From positions 36,404-100,403 of the forward strand of contig CAKVID010000002.1 in assembly GCA_934754355.1 (NCBI GenBank): a DNA stretch of 64,000 nucleotides. Direction: 5' to 3'. The stretch comes from an uncultured Clostridia bacterium (GTDB taxonomy: Bacteria; Bacillota; Clostridia; Christensenellales; UBA1242). Of this stretch, positions 52,337 through 61,694 are shown piece by piece. Each line of letters begins with the position of its first letter. Positions within the stretch are counted from its first letter, which is position 1. The notes under the pieces are model-generated. The model saw only the letters and a list, made by a program, of their open reading frames with translations. It was not told the DNA's origin and did not search any database. A program made the translations under genes and the position numbers.

Positions 52337-52486
52337 TTATTTTGTTTCTTTATGAACAGTATGCTTCTTGCAGAATTTACAATATTTCTTAACTTCAATT
52401 CTATCTGGATCGTTCTTTTTATTTTTTTGGCTATCGTAATTTCTTTGTTTGCATTCTGTACAAGCAATAATAATATTATCTCTCAT
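52337..52486 (-). CDS. rpmG: 50S ribosomal protein L33 (zinc-ribbon C+ form)
   Basis: Manual translation gives [49 protein letters not shown] (CxxC...CxxC). RBS GGAGAAAGAA. Under 60 aa, so absent from the ORF track. Confidence 0.85.
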   Translation of the reverse strand: MRDNIIIACTECKQRNYDSQKNKKNDPDRIEVKKYCKFCKKHTVHKETK

Positions 52487-52704
52487 TTCTTTCTCCTTCG
52501 AGTTTATAAACTTTGCGAGTAAATTTTAACATATTGATAGTATATTTGTCAATATCTTCACAATAAAAAATAGAGTCGCTTGATTTTATTCAACCCTATC
52601 CTTTTATCTTATATATAATATAATATATATTTGACCAAAAATCAAGCATTTTTAGCAATTTTTTTGATTTGACCTATTTTTATTTTAATTAATTTGTCGA
52701 AATA

Positions 52705-52750
52705 AAATAAAAAGTGAAAAATATGCGAAGTAATTTACTCTACTTCGCAT
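52705..52750 (-). terminator. Terminator after the acidic protein gene
   Basis: 10-bp stem ATGCGAAGTA / TACTTCGCAT, followed on the minus strand by an ATTTTTCACTTTTTATTTT tract. Confidence 0.5.
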
Positions 52751-52756
52751 ACTATA

Positions 52757-54559
52757 TTATCTTGTATATTCATCACTTTCTCTATCGTCTCTAGACATAT
52801 CTTCTTGAGTGCTTTTTTGTTTCTTAAGCATATCAAACACCATAGACAATCTATCTTTGTCAAGCCTTGGTTCTTCTGGTTTGCTAAATTTGAAATCTTC
52901 TAATGGATTTGACGCAGTATTGTCATTATTATCGTAAACTTGATTATCAGTAGTCTCTTCTTCGGCTACTGAGGCATAGTTCGACGCCGCTTCTTCCTCT
53001 TTGGCACCGTCAAATTGCTGTTCACTTTCCTCATGAGCATCAGTTTGTTCTATTTCTTGCTCTTTATTGCCACTTTCGCCACTAAGCATAGATAATCTAT
53101 CTGTAATATTAAATAGTCTATCACTTTGACGACTTTTTTGGAAATCAGCATTACTACTAATATAATCTTCTGAGATATCACTATCCAATTCTTCCGCATC
53201 TTTAGATTCTTCTTGTGCTTCTGGTTCAGCCTCTTGAGTATCTTCTTGCATAGACAAAATATGATTAATTATATCATCTTGGACTTTGCTTTGCTCATAT
53301 TCAGACATGTGTTCTTGATGGTCTACAGGAGTTTCTTCTAGTTGCTCTTCAATTGCTTCTTCTTGGATTTCTGGTTGTGCAATTTGTGGTTCTTCAGAAA
53401 CTTGGTTATTTCGCTCAATATAAGACATTATACTTTCATTATTTTGTCCGTTTTCTGTTTCTGTAATTTCGTCATTATTTTCTGAAGTCATCTCTTCGCT
53501 TGTTTGTTGTGGCAATTCTTTCTCTTCTTCATAAGCATCAAATACTGGATTTTGGAAACTTTCGTCTATTTGGTTTTCAATAGGTCTTACCCTATCGTCA
53601 ATACTTTCAAATTTAACTTCGTTACTTGTATTTGCATTGTCCAAAGAAGCATTCATTTGATCCATTTTATTTCTATCTTCTGGGTCTAGCATATTGATGG
53701 CTTTTTGTTCGACTTTATCGCTTAATTTGGTTATATTATCAGTAAATTCATTCAAATTCTCCGACATCATTTGATTAAATTCACTTTGTTGTGATACATA
53801 GATTTCTTTAGTTCCAGCAACACTTTCAATACAAGTATCTAGAAGTTCATTTAATGCTTTATAATTCTTCTCTTTCAAGAAAATTTCTTCTATTAATTCA
53901 TATCTTTGATTGAAAGCATCAAGAACAGCATTACTAAATTCATTATCTATCTTAGTTAAAGCAGAAAGTCTTGCAGTAAAGTATTTGCCATACGCATCAA
54001 GCATTCTCTCATCAGATAATTTATCAAGTAACAACATATACGCTTTTTTGGCTAGAATATAACTATCATCTAATTCTAAGTCGTCTAAAGTTTTTCTCTC
54101 TTTACCATCTTCGTCATTATCATCGTTTGAATCTGTTACATTAAATCTAGCATAAGATTCTTCTATAAAATCGCCGACATTGCTAACAAATTCTGCTAAT
54201 TTGGTTTTGATAATATTTTGCAAATAACCATTAACTTTGTCTACATCTTCTAATACATACAGACTTGCGGTTGCTCTATTCTCGCTATCTCTAGTCTTAT
54301 CAAAACATACTTCAAAGGCAATCTCGCCATAGCCTAATAGATTACCAAAACAAAACATGGAATTATCGTATGAATTCTTTCTAAATTTCTTCAAATCAAT
54401 TAGTTCTTGAACGATTTGTGGAGCAATATTATAATTGCCATTTGCATCATATTCCCCTAATAAATTATTTTTGTAGATATCAACTTTCTCTGTAATAAAG
54501 TTGTCTTGAGTAGGTTGCTTATTAAATGTATCATTCATAATTTTATCCTCAGATAGCAC
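52757..54559 (-). CDS. Hypothetical hyperacidic protein (600 aa); C-terminal about 300 aa E/D/Q-rich and predicted disordered
   Basis: Long uninterrupted ORF with coding-like codon usage. N-terminal half has mixed composition. C-terminal half is, for example, EEPQIAQPEIQEEAIEEQLEETPVDHQEHMSEYEQ. No recognisable motifs. Confidence 0.6.
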   Translation of the reverse strand: MLSEDKIMNDTFNKQPTQDNFITEKVDIYKNNLLGEYDANGNYNIAPQIVQELIDLKKFRKNSYDNSMFCFGNLLGYGEIAFEVCFDKTRDSENRATASLYVLEDVDKVNGYLQNIIKTKLAEFVSNVGDFIEESYARFNVTDSNDDNDEDGKERKTLDDLELDDSYILAKKAYMLLLDKLSDERMLDAYGKYFTARLSALTKIDNEFSNAVLDAFNQRYELIEEIFLKEKNYKALNELLDTCIESVAGTKEIYVSQQSEFNQMMSENLNEFTDNITKLSDKVEQKAINMLDPEDRNKMDQMNASLDNANTSNEVKFESIDDRVRPIENQIDESFQNPVFDAYEEEKELPQQTSEEMTSENNDEITETENGQNNESIMSYIERNNQVSEEPQIAQPEIQEEAIEEQLEETPVDHQEHMSEYEQSKVQDDIINHILSMQEDTQEAEPEAQEESKDAEELDSDISEDYISSNADFQKSRQSDRLFNITDRLSMLSGESGNKEQEIEQTDAHEESEQQFDGAKEEEAASNYASVAEEETTDNQVYDNNDNTASNPLEDFKFSKPEEPRLDKDRLSMVFDMLKKQKSTQEDMSRDDRESDEYTR

Positions 54560-54649
54560 ATATATTAATTTACTTAAAGTATATCAAAATAATAAATCTA
54601 CATCAAATAAATTTACACAAAAAATTCGGTTTTGAAATAGTTTGCAATA

Positions 54650-54692
54650 AAAAAGGAAAAAACACATTAGCGAACTAATGTGTTTTATTTTC
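54650..54692 (-). terminator. Terminator after tuf (palindromic, bidirectional)
   Basis: ACACATTAG-CGAA-CTAATGTGT hairpin with flanking A-rich and T-rich tracts. Confidence 0.55.
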
Positions 54693-54698
54693 ATACAA

Positions 54699-55901
54699 TT
54701 ACTCGATAATTGAACTAACAACACCAGAGCCAACTGTTCTACCGCCTTCACGAATAGCGAAACGCAATCCTTGTTCGATAGCGATTGGAGTGATAAGTTT
54801 GATAGTCATTCTAACATTATCGCCTGGCATTACCATTTCTACGCCTTCAGGTAGTTCGATAGTACCAGTAACGTCTGTTGTACGGAAGTAGAATTGTGGT
54901 CTGTAACCATTGAAGAATGGAGTATGACGGCCACCTTCTTCTTTCTTCAATACGTAAACTTCTGCTGTGAAGTGAGTATGAGGGTGAATAGTTGCTGGTT
55001 TAGCAAGAACTTGTCCTCTTTCGATTTCATTTCTTTGTACGCCTCTTAGTAGAAGACCAACGTTATCGCCAGCCTCTGCTTGATCTAGCATCTTTCTGAA
55101 CATTTCAACACCAGTAATAACTGTTTGAAGTTTAGAACCCATACCAACGATTTCTACAGTGTCACCAACTTTAACTGTACCTCTTTCTACTCTACCTGTA
55201 GCAACTGTACCACGACCTGTGATTGTGAATACATCTTCTACTGGCATCAAGAATGGTTTATCAGTTTCTCTTTGTGGATCAGGAATGTATGTGTCAAGAG
55301 CGTTCATAAGTTCATTGATACAAGCACAAGCAGGATCATCAACTTTACCCTCTTTAGCAGCTTCCAAAGCTTTAAGAGCAGAACCCTTAATAATTGGAGT
55401 TTTGTCTCCAGGGAAACCATATTCAGTAAGCAAATCTCTGATTTCCATCTCAACTAGGTCAAGAAGTTCAGGATCGTTTACTTGGTCAGTTTTGTTCATA
55501 AATACTACGATGTATGGAACACCTACTTGTCTAGCAAGAAGAATGTGTTCTCTTGTTTGAGGCATTGGGCCATCAGTAGCAGCAACTACTAGGATAGCAC
55601 CGTCCATTTGTGCAGCACCAGTAATCATGTTCTTAACATAGTCTGCGTGTCCTGGACAGTCAACGTGTGCATAGTGACGTTTGTCTGTCTCATATTCAAC
55701 GTGAGAAGTATTAATTGTAATACCTCTTTGTCTTTCTTCTGGTGCTTTATCAATAGCGCCATAGTCCATTGCTAATGCTTTACCTTGAGCAGCAAGTGTC
55801 ATAGTAATAGCAGCAGTAAGGGTTGTTTTGCCGTGGTCAACGTGTCCAATTGTACCAACGTTAACGTGAGGCTTAGTTCTTTCATATTTTGCTTTTGCCA
55901 T
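54699..55901 (-). CDS. tuf: Elongation factor Tu
   Basis: [33 protein letters not shown]..., with DCPGHADY and NKTD motifs. Confidence 0.97.
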   Translation of the reverse strand: MAKAKYERTKPHVNVGTIGHVDHGKTTLTAAITMTLAAQGKALAMDYGAIDKAPEERQRGITINTSHVEYETDKRHYAHVDCPGHADYVKNMITGAAQMDGAILVVAATDGPMPQTREHILLARQVGVPYIVVFMNKTDQVNDPELLDLVEMEIRDLLTEYGFPGDKTPIIKGSALKALEAAKEGKVDDPACACINELMNALDTYIPDPQRETDKPFLMPVEDVFTITGRGTVATGRVERGTVKVGDTVEIVGMGSKLQTVITGVEMFRKMLDQAEAGDNVGLLLRGVQRNEIERGQVLAKPATIHPHTHFTAEVYVLKKEEGGRHTPFFNGYRPQFYFRTTDVTGTIELPEGVEMVMPGDNVRMTIKLITPIAIEQGLRFAIREGGRTVGSGVVSSIIE

Positions 55902-55936
55902 TTTTTAATATCCTCCTAAATTTATTTAATTAAAAA

Positions 55937-58015
55937 TTAGCCTTTTTTGTTTTCGCCAATAACTTTATCGGCAATGTTCTTTGGAACCTCTAAATAATGA
56001 GAGAATTCCATACTGAAAGTTCCACGACCTTGAGTAAGACCACGAAGATCTGTAGCATAACCAAACATTTCTCCTAGTGGTATCTCAGCGTGAATAACTT
56101 GAGTACCGTTACGCAAATCAGTGCCACTTAGCACGCCTCTTCTACGGGTAATATTACCCATAACATCACCTAGATAATCATCAGGTGTTTCTACTTCAAC
56201 CTTCATAATAGGCTCTAGTAGAACAGGGTCTGCCTTTCTCGCACCTTCTTTGAAGGCTAGAGAGCCAGCAATTTTATATGCCATTTCTGATGAGTCTACA
56301 TCGTGATAAGAACCATCAAAAAGCGTAACCATAAAGTCAACGGTTTCAAATCCAGCAAGAACACCATTTTGTTTTGCTTCTTGAATACCAGCATCAATTG
56401 CAGGAATGTATTCCTTAGGAATAGCACCACCAACAATTTTGTTTTCAAATTTGTAACCTTCTCCGGCATTAAGTGGACTAAGTTTAATCCAACAGTGACC
56501 GTATTGTCCACGACCACCAGATTGTTTAATATACTTACCTTCAACTTCAACTTCTTTGCGGATAGTCTCTCTATAAGCAACTTGAGGAGCGCCAACATTA
56601 GCATCTACCTTAAATTCTCTCTTAAGTCTATCAACTATAATTTCAAGGTGAAGTTCACCCATACCAGCAATGATTGTTTGACCAGTTTCTTGGTCAGTGT
56701 ATGTCTTGAATGTTGGGTCCTCTTCAGCAAGTTTTACTAGTGCTATAACCATTTTTTCTTGGTCAGCCTTGGTCTTAGGCTCAATAGCAACTCTAATAAC
56801 TGGCTCTGGGAAATCCATACTTTCAAGTACGATTGGTTTATTCTCTGCACACAAAGTATCGCCTGTTGTTGTATCTTTAAGACCAACAATCGCTACGATT
56901 TCTCCAGCATATGCTTCTTCAATCTCTTCACGATGGTTAGCGTGCATTCTTATAATTCTACCAATTCTTTCTTTCTTGTCTTTGCAACTATTATACACAT
57001 AACTACCAGCAGTAAGAACACCAGAATAGATACGGAAGAATGTTAATCTACCAACATAAGGGTCTGTCATAATTTTGAATGCAAGACCAGCAAATGGTTC
57101 AGTATCTGAACTATGTCTATCTTCTTCGATATCTGTACCAGGCTTAGTACCTCTAATAGATTCTATATCTGTAGGTGCTGGCATATAATCTACTATTGCA
57201 TCAAGCAATTTTTGAATACCTTTGTTTTTGAAAGAAGTACCACAAACAACTGGGTTAATTCTACCAGCAATAGTACCCTTTCTTAGACCCTTCTTAATCT
57301 CTTCAACAGTCAAATCGCCTGTTTCAAAGTATTTTTCCATAAGGGCGTCATCTTGTTCTGCAGCAACTTCTACTAGTTCTGCTCTAAATTTATCTGCTTT
57401 TTCTTTGAATTCTGCTGGAATATCTGTAACTTGGAATTTAAGTCCTGTCTCGTCTTCATAAATAGTAGCATTCATTTCAACAAGGTCGATAATTCCTCTA
57501 AATTCGTCTGCTTCGCCAATTGGCAATTGAATAGCGACAGCGTTTGCTTTCAATCTATTTCTCATGCTATCAATAACTTTCTCGAAATTGGCGTCATTGA
57601 TATCCATCTTATTTACATAAGCCATTCTTGGAACATTGTATTTATCTGCAAGTCTCCAGTTAGTTTCACTTTGTGCTTCAACGCCTGCTCTTGCACTAAA
57701 TACTGCAACAGCACCGTCCAAAACTTTCAAACTTCTATTAACTTCTACAGTAAAGTCTACGTGTCCCGGAGTATCAATAATATTGATTTGGTGATTTTTC
57801 CACATACAAGTTGTAGCAGCACTAGTAATTGTAATACCTCTTTCTTGTTCTTGAGCCATCCAGTCCATAGTTGCTTCACCTTCGTGAACTTCACCTATTT
57901 TATGTGTTTTACCAGTAAAGAACAAAATTCTTTCTGTTGTTGTTGTTTTACCTGCGTCAATGTGGGCCATAATACCTACATTTCTAAGCATTTCTAATGG
58001 AGTTTTTCTAGGCAT
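55937..58015 (-). CDS. fusA: Elongation factor G (start at MPRKTP; ORF track extends to 58033)
   Basis: [28 protein letters not shown] and NKMD. Confidence 0.97.
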   Translation of the reverse strand: MPRKTPLEMLRNVGIMAHIDAGKTTTTERILFFTGKTHKIGEVHEGEATMDWMAQEQERGITITSAATTCMWKNHQINIIDTPGHVDFTVEVNRSLKVLDGAVAVFSARAGVEAQSETNWRLADKYNVPRMAYVNKMDINDANFEKVIDSMRNRLKANAVAIQLPIGEADEFRGIIDLVEMNATIYEDETGLKFQVTDIPAEFKEKADKFRAELVEVAAEQDDALMEKYFETGDLTVEEIKKGLRKGTIAGRINPVVCGTSFKNKGIQKLLDAIVDYMPAPTDIESIRGTKPGTDIEEDRHSSDTEPFAGLAFKIMTDPYVGRLTFFRIYSGVLTAGSYVYNSCKDKKERIGRIIRMHANHREEIEEAYAGEIVAIVGLKDTTTGDTLCAENKPIVLESMDFPEPVIRVAIEPKTKADQEKMVIALVKLAEEDPTFKTYTDQETGQTIIAGMGELHLEIIVDRLKREFKVDANVGAPQVAYRETIRKEVEVEGKYIKQSGGRGQYGHCWIKLSPLNAGEGYKFENKIVGGAIPKEYIPAIDAGIQEAKQNGVLAGFETVDFMVTLFDGSYHDVDSSEMAYKIAGSLAFKEGARKADPVLLEPIMKVEVETPDDYLGDVMGNITRRRGVLSGTDLRNGTQVIHAEIPLGEMFGYATDLRGLTQGRGTFSMEFSHYLEVPKNIADKVIGENKKG

Positions 58016-58033
58016 AACTCTATTCTCCTTCAA

Positions 58034-58504
58034 TTACCAGCGATAATGTGCGAAAGCCTTATTACTTTCTGCCATCTTGTGAGTATCTTCTTTCTTCTTG
58101 AATGCACCGCCAGTACTATTGTAAGCATCCATAATTTCGTTTGCGAGTTTCTCTTCCATACTCTTTTCGTTTCTTTTTCTTGCGTAAGTAACCAACCATC
58201 TAATTGCTAGAGTTTGTTGTCTAGCTGGGCTGATTTCGATAGGTACTTGGTAGTTGCTACCACCAACTCTTCTTGCTTTGGTCTCAAGCAATGGTTTAAC
58301 ATTCTCCAATGCTTGCATGAAGTACTTATCAGGTTCTACGCTTAGTTTTTCTTTGATTATATCAAATGAACCGTACACAATTCCTTCAGCAGTAGCCTTC
58401 TTGCCATCTAACATAACTTGGTTAACTAATTTAGTAATAACCTTGCTATTATAGATGAAATCTGGCAATACATCTCTTTTGCGTACACCTGCTCTTCTTG
58501 GCAT
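58034..58504 (-). CDS. rpsG: 30S ribosomal protein S7
   Basis: [15 protein letters not shown]... Confidence 0.95.
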   Translation of the reverse strand: MPRRAGVRKRDVLPDFIYNSKVITKLVNQVMLDGKKATAEGIVYGSFDIIKEKLSVEPDKYFMQALENVKPLLETKARRVGGSNYQVPIEISPARQQTLAIRWLVTYARKRNEKSMEEKLANEIMDAYNSTGGAFKKKEDTHKMAESNKAFAHYRW

Positions 58505-58555
58505 AATATTTCTCCTTATAATTATTTTCTTAAAATTAGTAGCAAAAACTACCTA

Positions 58556-58927
58556 TTATTTACCTTTTTTTGCACCATATTTACTGCGTGCTTGTTTTCT
58601 CTTTGCAACTCCGGCAGTATCAAGAGTACCTCTAATTACATGGTAACGAACACCTGGCAAATCTCTAACTCTTCCACCACGAATAAGAACAACACTATGT
58701 TCTTGTAGGTTGTGTCCTTCACCAGGAATATATACTGTACCTTCTTGACCATTGGAAAGTTTAACCCTACAAATCTTTCTTAAAGCAGAGTTTGGTTTCT
58801 TTGGAGATGTTGTAGTAACACTCAAACAAACGCCTCTTTTTTGTGGGTTTTCGTCCATGATTGGAGTTTTGGATTTAACAGCAACTTGCTTTCTGCCTTG
58901 TTTAACTAATTGCGAAATTGTTGGCAT
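58556..58927 (-). CDS. rpsL: 30S ribosomal protein S12
   Basis: [14 protein letters not shown]...[10 protein letters not shown]. Confidence 0.95.
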   Translation of the reverse strand: MPTISQLVKQGRKQVAVKSKTPIMDENPQKRGVCLSVTTTSPKKPNSALRKICRVKLSNGQEGTVYIPGEGHNLQEHSVVLIRGGRVRDLPGVRYHVIRGTLDTAGVAKRKQARSKYGAKKGK

Positions 58928-59247
58928 TTTATCCTCCTAAATAGTTCTTGCAAATCTAAAGTTCAACCATACTTGATTTGCTAAAATTTCTCCACATTAG
59001 CACAATGTATTGTAGCGTGGAGACATTTTCAAATCATCAAAATCACACCAAGAATGACAACTCAAAAATTACTAAGCAATCACTTTTCGCTCAGTATACT
59101 ATAATACATTGCATAGTTTATCAAATAAAAAACCCTATGTCAACATTTTTATCGAATTTAGTTAAAAAAAGAGTAATATTAAATTACCCCATTTTTTATA
59201 GTTTTTTTAATATTGCTCTATTAATATTATATTTTACACATTAAACA

Positions 59248-59532
59248 TTATACTGCTTTATTTTTATCATCTAGAGTACTCTCTACCAAAACGCACATTT
59301 CCTTAGGGTGAGTTCTGCAAACTACATCAAAACTACTAGGCTCTGGAATATCTGTTTCAAAAGCATAAGCACATTCTAAGTATGCATCAAGCATTTCTCT
59401 TGCGTTATTGTGTGCCATTTCTACAGTTTCTCCACTGGTTACAAGTCCAATATCAAACATAGCAATTATATAGCACTTCTCTTCATCATCAAAATATAGT
59501 ACGGCTGGATAAGTAACTTTCTTCATATTCAC
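59248..59532 (-). CDS. HicB-like (UPF0150 / RNase H-like fold) antitoxin-family protein with no adjacent HicA
   Basis: VTYPAVLYFDDEEKCYIIAMFDIGLVTSGETVEMAHNNAREMLDAYLE fits the HicB N-terminal domain pattern. No HicA-like ORF on either flank. Confidence 0.45.
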   Translation of the reverse strand: MNMKKVTYPAVLYFDDEEKCYIIAMFDIGLVTSGETVEMAHNNAREMLDAYLECAYAFETDIPEPSSFDVVCRTHPKEMCVLVESTLDDKNKAV

Positions 59533-59653
59533 ACTCTTCTAATTATATATTTACATAAATTTTAACATAAAATTACAATGTTGTAAAATTTTTTGTTCGG
59601 TTTTTCGCAATTTTTTCTATTTATATATGCATATCTTTATTATTTAGTTTTAT

Positions 59654-60643
59654 TTAGATATTATTCAAAGCAAAACTATACACATATTTTAATTGTTTTC
59701 TATTAAATACCCTATACTTCTTTGCACCAGATTCAAATAATACATATACTCTATCGTTCTTTATTACTATCTCTTCACTCATAGAAGGTGCATTGATAGT
59801 TTGCTCTAAAGCATGATTATCCAAATACCACAAATCTACATTATGCATACCAATAGCAATAGTTCCATGTTTTTCTTCACTTAATACATTCTTATACACA
59901 TAAATATTGGAGTCTGGCAACCCATAAGAAGTAGACATAACAAATTTGCCATCACTAGCAACCGCTATACCCTGTGCCAAATCTCTTATAGATAATGCTT
60001 TATCTGGCAATGGTGCTTGACTTACTAAACCATAACCTTTGGACTCGTCAATCTTGTAACCAAATACCACTGCGTTATTTGTTTCCCCGCTCCTTGTTTG
60101 CAATCTGTGACTTGCATCTGTTTCATATTTGTCTTTCTTGTAGAATTCTCCTACCCAAAGAAAGTTATTGCTTGTAAATACAAAATCTGCACCATTATTT
60201 GTCTTAAAACTATCTAGAATAGCCACTTTACCACCATTTTGTATTCTATTTACATCACTTAGAGAAAATCTATAGCAGTGTTTGTCTCCAACTATCCAAA
60301 TTGTACTACCAAAAGACACTATACCACCTGCATGACCTACATAATCTTCTTCTGATTGTGTAAGAGTAAAATATTTCTCAATTTTACCATTATTTATCAC
60401 ATAAATTCTAGAAGGAGTATTGTCTGTCATATAGCCACAAATCAAAAATTTATCACTACCATCAATTAATGACATACCTTGTGGCGTAAATTTAGTATCT
60501 AATCCCGGGATTAAAAATTCTTCACTAGCCATATTAAAGAATGATTTATTCCAAGGCCAAAGATAATAAACTCCCAAGAAAATTAAAATCAATGCAAGAA
60601 TTGAACTAATTACAATTGTTGCTATTTTCCAACCTATTGACAT
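59654..60643 (-). CDS. Hypothetical membrane-anchored extracytoplasmic protein
   Basis: N-terminal TM helix (IATIVISSILALILIFLGVYYLW) followed by about 300 aa with beta-rich composition. No motif recognised. Confidence 0.5.
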   Translation of the reverse strand: MSIGWKIATIVISSILALILIFLGVYYLWPWNKSFFNMASEEFLIPGLDTKFTPQGMSLIDGSDKFLICGYMTDNTPSRIYVINNGKIEKYFTLTQSEEDYVGHAGGIVSFGSTIWIVGDKHCYRFSLSDVNRIQNGGKVAILDSFKTNNGADFVFTSNNFLWVGEFYKKDKYETDASHRLQTRSGETNNAVVFGYKIDESKGYGLVSQAPLPDKALSIRDLAQGIAVASDGKFVMSTSYGLPDSNIYVYKNVLSEEKHGTIAIGMHNVDLWYLDNHALEQTINAPSMSEEIVIKNDRVYVLFESGAKKYRVFNRKQLKYVYSFALNNI

Positions 60644-60689
60644 ACAATCTCCTCCAATATTTAGTCTATTTAATAGTTATTCATTCAAC

Positions 60690-61025
60690 ATTTATTATAA
60701 AGTGTCCTGACATACGACTTTGTTTAAAATTCCTATATTATAATCTATGTGATATTGTTTTGCTCATTTCATTCACAACCCAAGTTGCTATACGCAACTC
60801 CACAATATCTTGTGGCATCACATGATTGAAAAAGTCGTCAGTTTAAATCAAGGTGTCCTAACGGACGACTTCGTTTGAACTTCCTATGTTATACTTTTTG
60901 TGCCATTTGCTAAACGCAAATAGTGCCATGCACTTCAGCAATTATAAATTGCCAGCACAATCGTGAAAAAGTCGTCAGTTCAAATCAAGGTGTCCTAACG
61001 GACTACTTTGTTTGAACTTCCTTTA
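60690..61025 (-). repeat. Noncoding tandem direct repeat, about 2.5 copies of a 137 to 151-nt unit, each carrying a terminator-like hairpin
   Basis: The element GAAAAAGTCGTCAGTT(T/C)AAATCAAGGTGTCCTAACGGAC(G/T)ACTT(C/T)GTTTGAACTTCCT appears at 60818-60880 and 60955-61015, with a 5'-truncated copy at 60691-60735. An 8-bp inverted repeat AAGTCGTC / GACGACTT is followed on the minus strand by U5. Inter-element segments are also similar (GTTGCTATACGCAAC / TTGCTAAACGCAAA hairpins). Confidence 0.7.
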
Positions 61026-61109
61026 TTATACATTAACATAATAAACAATATTTGACAAATAAAAAGCGCAATCGCCAAAAAACATAACGATTGCGTTAAT
61101 ATATTAAAT

Positions 61110-61403
61110 TTATGCACCTTGAACAAATGAAGTGGCAAAAATATCTGCTTTCACTTCTTGTGTCTCAGTAGTCTTAGCAAATTCACCAAAATGCCTCTTT
61201 AAAGCCTTCTCATATCTGTCGTCTGGTTGACATTTCAATTTACCATACTCGTCGATATACACAATGTTGCCTGCAGCCTTTAATTTCTCACTTGCAGGAA
61301 CAACAGGTGTGTTTACAGCCTTTACTTCTGTTCCCAATGAATTTAAAGTATCTGCAATATTCTCAGTGTATTTTTTGTATTCCATTTCATAATTAGCGTC
61401 CAT
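61110..61403 (-). CDS. Hypothetical small protein (97 aa)
   Basis: ORF only (MDANYEMEYKKYTENIADTLNSLG...). No motif. Confidence 0.4.
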   Translation of the reverse strand: MDANYEMEYKKYTENIADTLNSLGTEVKAVNTPVVPASEKLKAAGNIVYIDEYGKLKCQPDDRYEKALKRHFGEFAKTTETQEVKADIFATSFVQGA

Positions 61404-61659
61404 AATATTTCTCCTTAAATGAAATTATTATTTTCCCCAATCAAAGTTATATACTTATCCCTAATGTAATTAATAAAATATTTTCCCATAAATATTTTAC
61501 CTAATTAATATCCACCAATATTAATTAATGCCCACCAGCATATTTAATTACATCACTATTATACAACAAAAGTTATTTAATGTAAATAGCAAAATTAAAA
61601 AAAGTTTGAATTTTTTGAAGAATTGCAATAAACAAATACACACCTACTATGCAAAGTAT

Positions 61660-61684
61660 CAAAAAAGCCCCTAAACTGGGGCTT
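61660..61684 (-). terminator. Rho-independent terminator after rpoC
   Basis: AGCCCC-TAAACT-GGGGCT hairpin followed on the minus strand by U6. Confidence 0.6.
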
Positions 61685-61694
61685 ATATTTATAA

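Noticed and set aside
58978-59244. 88-aa plus-strand ORF between rpsL and the hicB-like gene, considered as a possible HicA partner
   Set aside because: No HicA-like dsRBD motif. Hydrophobic, low-complexity composition. Lies in the rpsL promoter region on the opposite strand.
60690-61025. Possible CRISPR array
   Set aside because: The repeat units are about 60 nt and the 'spacers' are about 75 nt and similar to each other. Only 2.5 copies are present and there are no cas genes in the window. This is better explained as a tandem duplication of a structured module.
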